NCBI GenBank assembly: GCA_046045965.1
Contig: JBJOKS010000009.1
Location: forward strand, 64,001-128,000
Direction of reading: 5' to 3'
Origin: Cyanobacteriota bacterium
Lineage (GTDB): Bacteria; Cyanobacteriota; Cyanobacteriia; Cyanobacteriales; Nostocaceae
DNA length: 64,000 nt
Under the pieces are notes generated by a model, which was not told where the DNA came from, searched no databases, and worked only from the letters and a program-made list of their open reading frames with translations. How positions within the stretch are numbered: the first letter of the stretch is position 1; each line of letters begins with the position of its first letter. This document shows, one piece after another, positions 1 to 10,185 of this stretch. The translations under genes and the position numbers were made by a program.

Positions 1-1578
1 ATAATTTTTAGATAAATCCCCAGATTTAGGCGTATAAATCCAAGCATAACTCAAAGGTTGTAATTGAGAAATTGACTCTACTTTTTGACCATGAATAGGA
101 GTATAAAAATTAATTAAAACAGAATTTTTATCATCGGATTTTACAAAATCTACCGGATGATTTTGAAGAATATTCGCAATAGATTCTTGCTGGAAAAACA
201 TTCTAAATTCAGGATTAAAGTCTCCTAATAAGCCTAAACTACCAGCCGTAGCTATAGATAACCAACTTGCAATTAACCAACCACTCACCCAGTAACGAGC
301 CGTGAGAAATTTTTGATGAAAATGATAACGTCCAATCCAAATTAAAGGCACAATTAAACATCCTAACCCTGAAATCAAAGCCAGAATTGCATACTTGTGA
401 ATATCAACATGAATATCAACAAAATCAGCAACTAAAGTTACTACGCCAGCTAAAGTAAAGATAATACCTATAAACCCAAAAGCATAGCTAATATTCCGAG
501 GAAGAGATGATTTAATCTTAGTCGATTTTCCTTGCTCGTAAATTTTCCCTAACCAGTCTAAACCGACAGATGCAAACATCGCAATAAAGGGATAAAGACA
601 GAGAGTATAATGTGATAAACGAGTAGAAAATAAAGTCAGTTCTGTAAATAGGATGAGGGGAAAACCTACTAATAGAAATTGGTAACGAGGAACGGGTTGA
701 CGAATTACTAAAGCTAACCCTAAAAGGCTAAAAAAGAACCAAGGAAAAGATTTTAACGGAATATTCCAAAAATAGAAAAGTATTCCATTTCCAGGTCTTT
801 CACTGCTACCTAATTCTGCCACAAAACCCAACAACTGGCCAAGACTATCACCACCATAACGTAGCCAGCTAAACCACAACCAAGCCAAAGTAGGAATTAA
901 ACCAACTACAAACCCTACATATAACATGGGGTTGCTAAGATGATGATGACGACGATGTTCTGCAATTAAATAAGGTAATAATGCAACCATCGGCAAAAAA
1001 ATCATAAAGCTTCTCATTAAGAAGCCTAAACCAAAACTAACACCGACAATAAAACCATAAATAGGTCGATATTTGGGATTTAATTCAGCTTGTAATAAAC
1101 ACAAAATAGCTAAACATACCAATAAAATCATCGGAATATCAGGTGCGGATAAGCGACAATATTGCAGCCAAAGAAATTCCACACTCAAAATAGCAGACGA
1201 TAGGTAAGCTAATTTTTTACCCAGTAATATTTTAGCTATTTCATATATAACTAATATGCTCAAAATTCCAGAAATCATACCAGGTATTCGTGCCGTAGTA
1301 TCACTGACACCAAATAACTTATAAAAAATAGCAATTAACCAATAAAAACCAGGGGTTTTATGATGGGCATTTTCCCAAGGTGCTATCCAGTCACCAGAAT
1401 CAAACATCAACCGCGCTCTCCTGGCATAAAGAGCTTCATCATGCGCCATCAGGCTATTTTCACCAGATGTAAAGAGCAATAAAGGTAGTAGCCAAATTAA
1501 CAAAATGCTAAGGTGGGATTTTGCCAATAAACGAATTTGCTGCCAAATATGGGCAAATAAAGGTGATTTATAAAACAT
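1..1578 (-). CDS. ArnT/PMT-like glycosyltransferase family 39 membrane protein (3' end outside window)
   Basis: Not in ORF track. Manual translation from ATG at 1578 gives MFYKSPLF...SLMAHDEALYARRARLMFDSGDWIAPW...HKTPGFYWLIA, a typical GT-C N-terminus. The frame was checked open at both ends and runs off position 1. Confidence 0.85.
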   Translation of the reverse strand, partial: MFYKSPLFAHIWQQIRLLAKSHLSILLIWLLPLLLFTSGENSLMAHDEALYARRARLMFDSGDWIAPWENAHHKTPGFYWLIAIFYKLFGVSDTTARIPGMISGILSILVIYEIAKILLGKKLAYLSSAILSVEFLWLQYCRLSAPDIPMILLVCLAILCLLQAELNPKYRPIYGFIVGVSFGLGFLMRSFMIFLPMVALLPYLIAEHRRHHHLSNPMLYVGFVVGLIPTLAWLWFSWLRYGGDSLGQLLGFVAELGSSERPGNGILFYFWNIPLKSFPWFFFSLLGLALVIRQPVPRYQFLLVGFPLILFTELTLFSTRLSHYTLCLYPFIAMFASVGLDWLGKIYEQGKSTKIKSSLPRNISYAFGFIGIIFTLAGVVTLVADFVDIHVDIHKYAILALISGLGCLIVPLIWIGRYHFHQKFLTARYWVSGWLIASWLSIATAGSLGLLGDFNPEFRMFFQQESIANILQNHPVDFVKSDDKNSVLINFYTPIHGQKVESISQLQPLSYAWIYTPKSGDLSKNY

Positions 1579-1734
1579 ATAATTTCATACAAATAAAAAG
1601 CTGATATGTAGATTATGGCACGGTTTTCTTCTAAAATTATTTCGGTTAGTATACGCAATTTAAAATCAAAATACTCACCAAATTGACTCACATCAGGCAT
1701 TTTTTTTTCAAACAAACTTACCAAACAAATTTTT

Positions 1735-2385
1735 ATGCTGTTGCGACCAGATCAACGTCTGAAGATAGATGACACAGATGATAAGTTATTTTACGACTAC
1801 CCCCGCTTTGTCACTCATGTGGATGAAGGCTTTATTCAACAATTAACAGCTTTATATCGTCAGCGACTCCAACCCAATACGCGCATTTTTGATATGATGA
1901 GTAGTTGGGTGTCTCATCTACCAGAAGAAATAGATTTTGACCATGTTGAGGGACATGGACTCAATGCTGAAGAACTAGCACGTAATCCTCGATTTAACCA
2001 TTATTTTGTACAGAATATCAATGAACAGCCTCAGCTACCCTTGCCAGATCAAAATTTTGATGCTGTTGTCAACTGTGTTTCTGTTCAGTACATCCAATAT
2101 CCAGAGGCCGTATTTTCCGAAATTCACCGCATTCTCAAACCTGGTGGTGTGGCTATGATCAGCTTTTCTAACCGGATGTTTTATCAAAAGGCGATTCAGG
2201 TCTGGCGAGATGGTTCAGAAGCGTCTAGAGTCAAGTTAGTTAAGCGTTACTTTGCTTCAGTACCGGGGTTTACTACTCCTGAAGTAATTGTCAATCAATC
2301 AACTGCGCCGAATTTCTTGCAGTGGTTGGGTTTACCTGGTGGAGATCCCTTTTATGCGGTGATAGCTTATCGCCATGAATCATAA
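1735..2385 (+). CDS. class I SAM-dependent methyltransferase (type 11)
   Basis: DMMSSWVSHLP, LPLPDQNFDAVVNCVSVQY and RILKPGG motifs. Confidence 0.85.
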   Translation: MLLRPDQRLKIDDTDDKLFYDYPRFVTHVDEGFIQQLTALYRQRLQPNTRIFDMMSSWVSHLPEEIDFDHVEGHGLNAEELARNPRFNHYFVQNINEQPQLPLPDQNFDAVVNCVSVQYIQYPEAVFSEIHRILKPGGVAMISFSNRMFYQKAIQVWRDGSEASRVKLVKRYFASVPGFTTPEVIVNQSTAPNFLQWLGLPGGDPFYAVIAYRHES

Positions 2386-2499
2386 AGATGCTGGAAAATT
2401 CAGTATTGCTCAATACCAATAATGATCAAATAGTAAATTTTTTGGTGCAAAGACTAAACTAGAGCAGATAATTGCCTCAAGCATTGAAGGAGAACCAAC

Positions 2500-3009
2500 G
2501 TGAGTTTATTTCGTGGACGCAGGATTTTAGCTGGTTTATTGTTGTCTGTTTTATTGCTGACTACGGCTTGTGCTACAAAAGCACCTAGTCGTTTTGACCA
2601 GGTACAACAGGAAAGCACAAAACAAAAAAGCGGTCAGGCGGTTGCTAAAAATGCAACTCAGGGTAGTGAATTAAACGCTTTCTTTCCTGACAGTGAAGAT
2701 GGTTATGATCGAGTCTATACCCAAGAGAAAAAAGGCTTTTCAGAAGCGAATTTGAAAAAAGACGGTAAAGTTGTCGCTCAATTGGCTATTTCTGACACCA
2801 CTAGCATTCCTGGATCAGCTTCAAAATATGCCAATAGCACTAAGAAAATTGATGGTTATCCGGCTGTAGAAACGGGTAAAACTCAAACTTCTGTTTTGGT
2901 TGGTAAGTATCAAGTGAAGGTGATTTCTAAAGATCCTTTATTTAACGCCAGCGACAGGGAAGATTGGATCGAAAAATTTGATCTTGATGATCTAGCTAAG
3001 TTGAAATAA
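2500..3009 (+). CDS. conserved hypothetical lipoprotein
   Basis: Signal peptide with lipobox LTTAC; SD AAGGAG upstream of GTG. Confidence 0.75.
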   Translation: MSLFRGRRILAGLLLSVLLLTTACATKAPSRFDQVQQESTKQKSGQAVAKNATQGSELNAFFPDSEDGYDRVYTQEKKGFSEANLKKDGKVVAQLAISDTTSIPGSASKYANSTKKIDGYPAVETGKTQTSVLVGKYQVKVISKDPLFNASDREDWIEKFDLDDLAKLK

Positions 3010-3056
3010 CTTGGACTCTAAATTTCGGATAACAAACGATCAATTAGGAGATTTTT

Positions 3057-3944
3057 GTGAGTAAACCAATTTTCGAGTTAGTTGATGAATTGCCAACCAG
3101 TGGTTTAACTGTTTCTATGTTAAACGCTTTGGATTTTATTGCTCCCGGTGAATGGCAAAATACTGTTGGTTTTGTTAATACTATTAAAACCGTCACTGGT
3201 GAAGATGACGAGAGTTTAATTCAGGCTATTGGTGAAAGAGCAATTTATCTTTTTAATGATAAATCCCAAGGTTATCAAACAGCTTTATGGCTTTATCAAA
3301 CTGTTGATGGTACTGATAAAGCTTTAGGTGCAGCAGCTTTGGCTAATAAAGTAGGTCAATCAATTCCCTTATTCGGTTTTTTAAACTCTCTTACTCCTAA
3401 ACCAGATAAAGCTCAAACTATTGACTTAACCTTAAAAATAGTGGCTGAATTAGTCGCTTTTTGCCAAATTAACGGTATTCCCGGTAATAGTATTGGTGAT
3501 TTTGTCGGCGCTTTAGGCGAATATAGTGGCGAATCAATGATTCGCATGGCAGCTTTAATTTGCGTTGATGGTATCATTCCCCTTGGACCTGATTTCATCC
3601 AAAAATCTTTAACTATGATGAGTCAGATGAATCCTCAAGAGTTAGACCAAAACTCCACTTTCAGAGCGATGAGCAATGTAATTCCTGGTAGCGGTACTGG
3701 TGGTAAACTAGACTTTATTGGTCAAAGCCTTGACTCTGTTAAAGGTTGGATGAATGGTATAGTTAGTGCTAATGCTTTAACTGCTCAGAAAGTTCTTGGC
3801 AATTTCCAAGGTTTTCTTGAATTTAGTGATGACAAATTAGACTATGTAGCGGCGTTTCTAGATATGTCAACTAATTACTATGAACATACTGGAACCCAAA
3901 CTTTAGCTCGACGTTTGATTGAACGCGCATTGGCGGAAATTTAG
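3057..3944 (+). CDS. conserved hypothetical cyanobacterial protein
   Basis: 295-aa ORF with SD AGGAG; co-oriented with the upstream lipoprotein. Confidence 0.75.
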   Translation: MSKPIFELVDELPTSGLTVSMLNALDFIAPGEWQNTVGFVNTIKTVTGEDDESLIQAIGERAIYLFNDKSQGYQTALWLYQTVDGTDKALGAAALANKVGQSIPLFGFLNSLTPKPDKAQTIDLTLKIVAELVAFCQINGIPGNSIGDFVGALGEYSGESMIRMAALICVDGIIPLGPDFIQKSLTMMSQMNPQELDQNSTFRAMSNVIPGSGTGGKLDFIGQSLDSVKGWMNGIVSANALTAQKVLGNFQGFLEFSDDKLDYVAAFLDMSTNYYEHTGTQTLARRLIERALAEI

Positions 3945-3968
3945 CAGATTTTCTAGCCTAAATACAAC

Positions 3969-4006
3969 TTGTAGTAGTGCCGAAAACAAATACAGCACTA
4001 CTACAA
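3969..4006. terminator. hairpin between convergent genes
   Basis: TTGTAGTAGTGC...GCACTACTACAA inverted repeat. Confidence 0.55.
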
Positions 4007-4151
4007 ACAGGGGTTCTATGAATTTCTACAAATTACTTGTGGCTGGTAGATTGTATCACCACAAAAAACAGAAGTTAAGCGGAATAATGAAGGGATGCTA
4101 ACTGGTTTTTACAGTTGCAATAAACATTACTGTCACCTGTCACCTGCTATC

Positions 4152-4346
4152 TTACTTGAAGCGAGTACGTTGTTGACGACGTTGCTTGTGTCTAGCGATT
4201 GCTTTACGCTTTTCTTTTTCTAAAGGTGTTTCAAAATGGCGATTCTTCCGCATATCTTGGAAAATTCCAGCTTTAGAAACTTCACGCTTAAATCTCCGCA
4301 AAGCTGATTCAATTCCTTCATTTTCCCCTAAAACTACTTGTGTCAT
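4152..4346 (-). CDS. rpsU: 30S ribosomal protein S21 (paralogue 1)
   Basis: [28 protein letters not shown]...RHFETP. Confidence 0.95.
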   Translation of the reverse strand: MTQVVLGENEGIESALRRFKREVSKAGIFQDMRKNRHFETPLEKEKRKAIARHKQRRQQRTRFK

Positions 4347-4467
4347 TCCTAATTCCTCCTTTTTTTGGTTAACACATACAAACTAGAGTAAAAAAATATC
4401 TCAGCAAAGTCAAACTATTGGCTTTATCTGCTGGAGTCTCTAGATTTAAAAATTTTTCAAAACAGGA

Positions 4468-4785
4468 TTAATAACGGCGATCGCCACGACCACCACCGGC
4501 ACGACCACCGCCACCATAACCACCACCACGAGGACTTCTTTCTTCACGGGGTTTCGCCTTGTTCACTTTTAAATCTCTCCCCATCCACTCAGCACCATCC
4601 AGTGCTTCAATTGCCGCTGTTTCTTGGGCTTCAGTCTCCATTTCCACAAAAGCAAAACCCCGTGGCCGGCCTGTTTCCCTATCAGTAGGTACTTGCACAC
4701 TTTTAACTTTACCGTATTCAGCAAAAGCCTGTTTCAGGTCTTCTTCTGTGACTTGATAGGACAAATTTCCAACGTAAATCGACAT
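4468..4785 (-). CDS. rbp: RRM RNA-binding protein with Gly-rich tail (Rbp family)
   Basis: RNP2 IYVGNL, RNP1 RGFAFVEM and Gly/Arg tail; lies upstream of rpsU. Confidence 0.95.
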   Translation of the reverse strand: MSIYVGNLSYQVTEEDLKQAFAEYGKVKSVQVPTDRETGRPRGFAFVEMETEAQETAAIEALDGAEWMGRDLKVNKAKPREERSPRGGGYGGGGRAGGGRGDRRY

Positions 4786-4826
4786 AAATGGATGGTCTCC
4801 CAGACCAGAGAGTGTAGAGATTTAGA

Positions 4827-4834
4827 TTCGGAGA
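4827..4834 (-). promoter_or_regulatory. TCTCCGAA box in the rbp 5' leader
   Basis: TCTCCGAA on the minus strand about 42 nt upstream of the rbp start; recalled as conserved in leaders of cold-induced cyanobacterial rbp genes. Confidence 0.6.
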
Positions 4835-4955
4835 GACTCATTTAAATGAAATTAAAACGATCAACTCAACCGAAAATAATCCTTATCTCCGCAATTATAG
4901 CACAGCCTTTGAATATGAACTCGCCATGAGTAACATTTCCAGAAAAAACCATCAT

Positions 4956-5810
4956 TTACTGATGAGCAAACTCAGCTAGGGTTTGCTCTGCTTTTTGACA
5001 TAAAATCTCATGATCTTGAGAACTACTAGCCAGCAAACCGCCCCATTGATTAATGTCACCAGTGTTATACTCTAACGGCGTGCCATCAAAGTGGGTAAAT
5101 TTACCACCAGCTTCTGTTAAAATTAACTCAGGTGCAGCCATATCCCAATCTTTAGGTGCAGACTTTCCAGACAAAGAAATGTAAATATCCGCCTGTTGTT
5201 CCACAATAGCAGTGACTTTACAACCTACACTCCCAATCGCTTTTTGTTTTTGACAGGGGAGATTTTTCAGTAAATATTCTAACCTTTCATTTCGATGGGA
5301 ACGACTGACAACAATGGTTAAATCTTCTATGGGTTTATCAGCAGGGACTTTTAAGGGATGAGAACCATCAACGGTTTCCACAAAAGTACCACCACCTTTT
5401 GTAGCATAATATATCTTTTCGGCTTCGGGGATTGCTACTACTGCTAAAATTGGCCTTGTATCTTGGACTAAAGCAATATGTATTGCATATTCCCCAGTTT
5501 TATCAATAAAGTCTCTTGTCCCATCTAAAGGATCAATGATCCATACCAACTTAGCAGGATGTTTACCCTGTTGAGATTTATAGGTTTCTTCGCTGATATA
5601 ACCAAATTCTTCATCACCGAAAGCTTCCTGTAGCTTGGCTAATATATAATGACTAACGGCTACATCAGCAACAGTAACAGGCTCATTTTGCTTATATTGT
5701 ACGTCTAAGTCTGGGTTTTGGGCAGTGCCGTTATAATAGGAACGCAGTAATTTAGCTGCACCCCAACCTACTTCACGAGTGATTTTTAGGATTTCTTGTA
5801 AGTTTGTCAT
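4956..5810 (-). CDS. inositol monophosphatase / CysQ family 3'(2'),5'-bisphosphate nucleotidase
   Basis: ISEE, WIIDPLDGT and WDMAA motifs. Confidence 0.9.
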   Translation of the reverse strand: MTNLQEILKITREVGWGAAKLLRSYYNGTAQNPDLDVQYKQNEPVTVADVAVSHYILAKLQEAFGDEEFGYISEETYKSQQGKHPAKLVWIIDPLDGTRDFIDKTGEYAIHIALVQDTRPILAVVAIPEAEKIYYATKGGGTFVETVDGSHPLKVPADKPIEDLTIVVSRSHRNERLEYLLKNLPCQKQKAIGSVGCKVTAIVEQQADIYISLSGKSAPKDWDMAAPELILTEAGGKFTHFDGTPLEYNTGDINQWGGLLASSSQDHEILCQKAEQTLAEFAHQ

Positions 5811-5839
5811 TCTTTTGGTTTTAGTAAAGTATAGACTTT

Positions 5840-6475
5840 ATGAAAAGCTCACGCCAAGACGCAAAGACGCAAAGGTACAATCAGTTTACACAAAAAAAGT
5901 TATTTTTGGTTCTTATTAGTTTAGTTTCTAGTTTGGTTATGGCGATCGCCTCCACAGCTACTAGTATATATTTTTATGGTAACAATTATACTCATATCCA
6001 GGCAGATGCGGCAATTATTCTCGGTGCAGCAATTTGGGTAGAAAAACCATCTCCTGTGTTTCGAGAACGTATTAACCATGCTATTAATCTGTATAAAAAT
6101 GGCTATGTTCACACTCTCATTTTTACTGGGGGAGTGGGTGCTGGTGATGAACTAGCTGAAGCGGTCGTTGGTAAACGCTATGCTATCAGCAAAGGTGTGA
6201 AAGCTGCTGATATGATCATGGAAACTTCATCTCGCACCACTTACCAAAATCTGCAAAATGCTTCTGAATTAGCTGCAAATTACCCATTTAAAAAATTTCT
6301 CATTGTTAGTGATCCATTGCATTTAAAACGTGCGGTTTTGATGGCTAGAAATTTAGGTTTAGATGCACACCCATCTCCTACACCCACTACCCGTTATCAA
6401 AGTTTAAATAGTCAGTTACCTTTTTTAATGCGAGAAACTTATTTTTACTTTGTATTTTTATTATTTAAAATCTAA
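5840..6475 (+). CDS. YdcF/DUF218 family protein
   Basis: IILGA, FTGG, E..SRTTYQN and VSDPLHLKRA motifs; start codon uncertain. Confidence 0.85.
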   Translation: MKSSRQDAKTQRYNQFTQKKLFLVLISLVSSLVMAIASTATSIYFYGNNYTHIQADAAIILGAAIWVEKPSPVFRERINHAINLYKNGYVHTLIFTGGVGAGDELAEAVVGKRYAISKGVKAADMIMETSSRTTYQNLQNASELAANYPFKKFLIVSDPLHLKRAVLMARNLGLDAHPSPTPTTRYQSLNSQLPFLMRETYFYFVFLLFKI

Positions 6476-6487
6476 TTTAAATCTCAT

Positions 6488-7345
6488 TTAACCTTCCATC
6501 CAGCGGCGTGTACCAAAATGTTTACAAGCATCCGATGCAATATTACTAGCTAATGCTAAAGCATCTGTGAAATTTGATTGTAAAATATAATGACAAAAAG
6601 CACCGTGAAAAATATCTCCTGCTCCTAATGTATCAACAGTTTTAATTTTTGGTACATTTATAAAACCTCTCTTTTCATAACTTAAATATTCTATCGGTTT
6701 TTCTCCTTGAGTAATGGCAATATGGGGAATATTAAAACTTTGTAGATAGTTAAAAACATCTTCTTGATTTTTGCATTCAGGAGGATAAAAGTTAGCCGAA
6801 CAAATAGCATAATCTACAAAAGGTAAAATTTCTGCAAATCCCGGTTTCCAACTACCTCCATCAATGACAATAGGAATATTCAGAATTTTAGCATTTTGGG
6901 CAATAATTTTACTTACTGCAATTTGATGTCCATCAATTAAAATAATATCAATATTGTCTAAGATATCGGTAGGAATAGAGGTAATATTAGCTTGGGTTTT
7001 CACAGCATTGATAGAAATTACAGCCCTTTCTCCGGTACTTTGGGTGACAATAATTGAAGAGACTGGTGGTGATGTTTGTTTATTAGTATCTAAGTCAATA
7101 ATTCCAACTTGGTAATTTGCTAAGTCTGTAGTAATTAATTGTGTGATATGATGGGAACCAAGCACACCTAAAATTTGCGATTTATTACCTAAGTAACTAA
7201 ATGTAACAGATGCGTTGGTTGCAGGACCACCTGCTGCTACAGTATAATCAGTGGCAACTAATTTTTGATTATTATTGGGCGGTGATTGGGCAAGGTAAAT
7301 TAAGTCTAAGGTAATTAAACCTACAAATAAGGCAGATTTAGTCAT
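6488..7345 (-). CDS. PfkB family carbohydrate kinase
   Basis: GGPATNAS and DTLGAGDIFHG signatures. Confidence 0.9.
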   Translation of the reverse strand: MTKSALFVGLITLDLIYLAQSPPNNNQKLVATDYTVAAGGPATNASVTFSYLGNKSQILGVLGSHHITQLITTDLANYQVGIIDLDTNKQTSPPVSSIIVTQSTGERAVISINAVKTQANITSIPTDILDNIDIILIDGHQIAVSKIIAQNAKILNIPIVIDGGSWKPGFAEILPFVDYAICSANFYPPECKNQEDVFNYLQSFNIPHIAITQGEKPIEYLSYEKRGFINVPKIKTVDTLGAGDIFHGAFCHYILQSNFTDALALASNIASDACKHFGTRRWMEG

Positions 7346-7394
7346 TAGTAATTGGTAATTGGTGAAACTGATTAGGTGAATTATAGAATATTTT

Positions 7395-7829
7395 ATGAAT
7401 CAAACTACCCATGACAATGATTTTTATGCTTGGACACAAGAACAAGCACACCTGCTGAAAAATCAACAATTTCATCAAATTGATTTTGCTCACATTGCAG
7501 AAGAACTAGAAGACATGGGACGTTCTGAAAAACGAGAGTTGGAAAGCAGATTAGAAATATTAATTATGCACTTACTCAAATGGCAATTTCAGCCTAACTT
7601 ACGTTCTCGAAATTGGCAATTAACTATTAAAGAACAACGTTTGCGATTAGAAAAACTTCTGCAAGAAAACCCCAGTCTGCAATCATTTTTAGCAGATTCC
7701 TTAGAAAAAATTTATCAACTTACTACTATTATCTCCGAACGAGAAACTGGCTTGTCTTCATTTCCTGAAACTTGTCCTTACAGCTTAACAGAAATCTTTA
7801 CACAGGAATTTTTACCCACAGGTATATAA
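7395..7829 (+). CDS. DUF29 family protein
   Basis: DFYAW..EQA, EELEDMGRSEKRELESRL and HLLKWQFQP. Confidence 0.9.
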   Translation: MNQTTHDNDFYAWTQEQAHLLKNQQFHQIDFAHIAEELEDMGRSEKRELESRLEILIMHLLKWQFQPNLRSRNWQLTIKEQRLRLEKLLQENPSLQSFLADSLEKIYQLTTIISERETGLSSFPETCPYSLTEIFTQEFLPTGI

Positions 7830-7874
7830 TAAACATTATAATAGTAAAAACAGTTTTTTGGAGAGCAATAAATT

Positions 7875-8486
7875 ATGTTCAAAAATATGGCAATGGACGC
7901 ACTGGGTTTGAGTGATATTGGTGCTGTGATCAAACCAGAAGATTATCACAAGGTTGATAGTGATGACTATGTACTCCATGAAGAAGGAGAGAAAATCTAT
8001 TTTCTGATTAAATCAAAAACAGATGAATACTGTTTTACAAATCTAGCTTTAATTCATCTGGATGGAAGTTCTGCGGTGAGCAAAAAACGCTTACTCAAGC
8101 GTTATAATTATAGTCAGAACATGATTAAAGATGTGAGTTTAGAAACCGCAGGAACCATAGATATGGACATAGAAATCAAGTTGAGTATGGGTGATCAATA
8201 CTATTCTATTGATGTGGCAAAAATTCATATTGCACCATTGAAAGACTTGTATAAGGCTTTAATCAAAATATCATCCATTCAACGTGAAAATGCCGTCTAT
8301 TATCAATATTGTCAAACTAGTTTAAATACAGCATCCAGCACAGTTGGACGTGCTACAAATGTCTCTACTTCAGAAGAACAGTTTAAAGCAATTAATTGGT
8401 ATGCTTTTAATTGGTTAAAGTATGCCCATGAAACTTATGTACGTAAAGATTTCGGAGAGATTTTTGAGAAGTTTATTAACAACTAA
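7875..8486 (+). CDS. bacterial PH-domain protein (YvbH-like)
   Basis: DALGLSDIG, KSKTDEYCFTNLALIHLDG and LETAGTIDMDIE. Confidence 0.75.
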   Translation: MFKNMAMDALGLSDIGAVIKPEDYHKVDSDDYVLHEEGEKIYFLIKSKTDEYCFTNLALIHLDGSSAVSKKRLLKRYNYSQNMIKDVSLETAGTIDMDIEIKLSMGDQYYSIDVAKIHIAPLKDLYKALIKISSIQRENAVYYQYCQTSLNTASSTVGRATNVSTSEEQFKAINWYAFNWLKYAHETYVRKDFGEIFEKFINN

Positions 8487-8654
8487 TTAATAGTTTCTTG
8501 TTGGTAATTCGGTTGTTTCAGTTTTGATGACCCAATAGTTAAATATGAGGTTATCTGAAGAAAAAACAAGAGTTGATCGCCTAGTTTCTGTTGGATTTTT
8601 CTACTGATCAACCTAATTTATAAATTAGAGATGTTGTTTTTTTTATGATTTCAG

Positions 8655-8799
8655 AGGGAACAGGAAACGGGAAAATCTTAACCGAAAAAACTCATGTTTA
8701 AAAACATGAGATTAAAATAATGACACTGTTTTTTGACTGATCTTTAAACTCAGAAACTTTTGTTTCTTATCTGTTCCCTGTTCCCTGTTCCCTGTTCCC
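8655..8799. repeat. dispersed repeat with GGGAACA/TGTTCCC ends and internal CTCATGTTTAAAAACATGAG palindrome
   Basis: Inverted heptamer ends and internal palindrome seen directly. Confidence 0.6.
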
Positions 8800-8817
8800 T
8801 TTTTTGTAAAATATCTT

Positions 8818-9675
8818 ATGCAAACTGAACCAAAACCAGGAACATTATACGTTGTCGCTACACCGATTGGCAATTTAGAAGATATGACTTTTCGGGCTGT
8901 ACGCATTTTACAAGCTGTGGATATAATTGCAGCAGAAGATACCAGACATACTGGAAAATTGTTGCAACACTTTCAGGTAAAAACTCAGCAAATGAGTTAT
9001 CATGAACATAACCGCAGTAGTCGCATTCCCGAATTATTAAAATATTTGCAATTTGGAAAAGCGATCGCTCTTGTTAGTGATGCAGGAATGCCAGGAATTT
9101 CTGATCCTGGATATGAGTTAATAAAAGCTTGTGTTGATGCAGGAATACCAGTTGTACCTATTCCTGGTGCAAGTGCTGTAATTACGGCTTTAAGTGCGGC
9201 TGGACTACCAACGGATAGATTTATTTTTGATGGTTTTTTACCGCCAAAAACTCAACAGCGACGGGAATATTTAGAATCATTATTAACAGAAACACGAACA
9301 TTAGTGTTTTATGAATCTCCCCATCGGTTGCGGGATACATTACAAGATTTTGCAGATATTTTAGGGAGCGATCGCCAAATAGTTATAGCACGAGAACTAA
9401 CCAAATTATATGAAGAATTTTGGCGGGGAACAATAGCAGAAGCGATCGCAAATTACCAGCAAAAAGAACCCCAAGGTGAATATACCCTATTAGTAGCAGG
9501 AACACTACCCAGTAAACCCCAACTCACAGAAGCAGAACTCAAAGCCGAATTATTAGAGATCATGAAACAAGGGGTTTCCCGTTCCCAAGCCAGCAGACAA
9601 TTAGCAAAAGATACATCAATGTCCCGTCGTCTACTATATCAATTAGCACTTTCCATTGAATTTGACGCTTTATAA
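8818..9675 (+). CDS. rsmI: 16S rRNA (cytidine-1402-2'-O)-methyltransferase
   Basis: LYVVATPIGNLED, AEDTR, SDAGMPGISDPG, YESPHR and RELTK. Confidence 0.95.
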   Translation: MQTEPKPGTLYVVATPIGNLEDMTFRAVRILQAVDIIAAEDTRHTGKLLQHFQVKTQQMSYHEHNRSSRIPELLKYLQFGKAIALVSDAGMPGISDPGYELIKACVDAGIPVVPIPGASAVITALSAAGLPTDRFIFDGFLPPKTQQRREYLESLLTETRTLVFYESPHRLRDTLQDFADILGSDRQIVIARELTKLYEEFWRGTIAEAIANYQQKEPQGEYTLLVAGTLPSKPQLTEAELKAELLEIMKQGVSRSQASRQLAKDTSMSRRLLYQLALSIEFDAL

Positions 9676-9759
9676 ACACCATTCTCAACTAGATGGTTTT
9701 GCTCAATTTGAGGCTAATATTACAATGGAGATTATTGAGAAATTGAGGACAGACTGAGA

Positions 9760-9936
9760 ATGACCCAAGTGGTTCTAGGAGAAAACGAAGGTATAGATTC
9801 AGCCCTACGTCGGTTTAAACGCCAAGTGTCAAAAGCTGGTATTTTGGCTGACGTAAAGTATCGTCGTCACTTTGAAACCCCCCTGGAAAAGCGCAAACGT
9901 AAAGCAGTCGCAGCTAGACGAAAACGTCGTTTTTAA
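9760..9936 (+). CDS. rpsU: 30S ribosomal protein S21 (paralogue 2), 58 aa
   Basis: Not in ORF track (under 60 aa). Manual translation: [64 protein letters not shown] upstream. Confidence 0.95.
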   Translation: MTQVVLGENEGIDSALRRFKRQVSKAGILADVKYRRHFETPLEKRKRKAVAARRKRRF

Positions 9937-10155
9937 ACCTATTCGGTTTGGTATTAGCGTTGCTTGAAGAAATTAATTACAACAAGCACAATTGCTTTGC
10001 CATATTCTTAGAAAAATTACCCCAGCTGTGACGCACCCCTTGTTGATGGTCTAAATATTATTTTTCAACTTTCTGCTTCAGCCTGTTAACTTGGTTAGAT
10101 GGAACAAGCGAAAATCGCTATCCATCAACCAAAAACAAGCTGCTGATAGCAGAAT

Positions 10156-10180
10156 ATGGCTTACGCCACGCTATGCTATC
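10156..10180. repeat. small dispersed repeat (about 25 nt)
   Basis: ATGGCTTACGCCACGCTATGCTATC, 21/25 identical to 58325-58349. Confidence 0.6.
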
Positions 10181-10185
10181 AGGAG

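Noticed and set aside
1497..1724. 75-aa ORF on the minus strand
   Set aside because: It overlaps the real GT39 gene start (1578) in another frame and the divergent promoter region.
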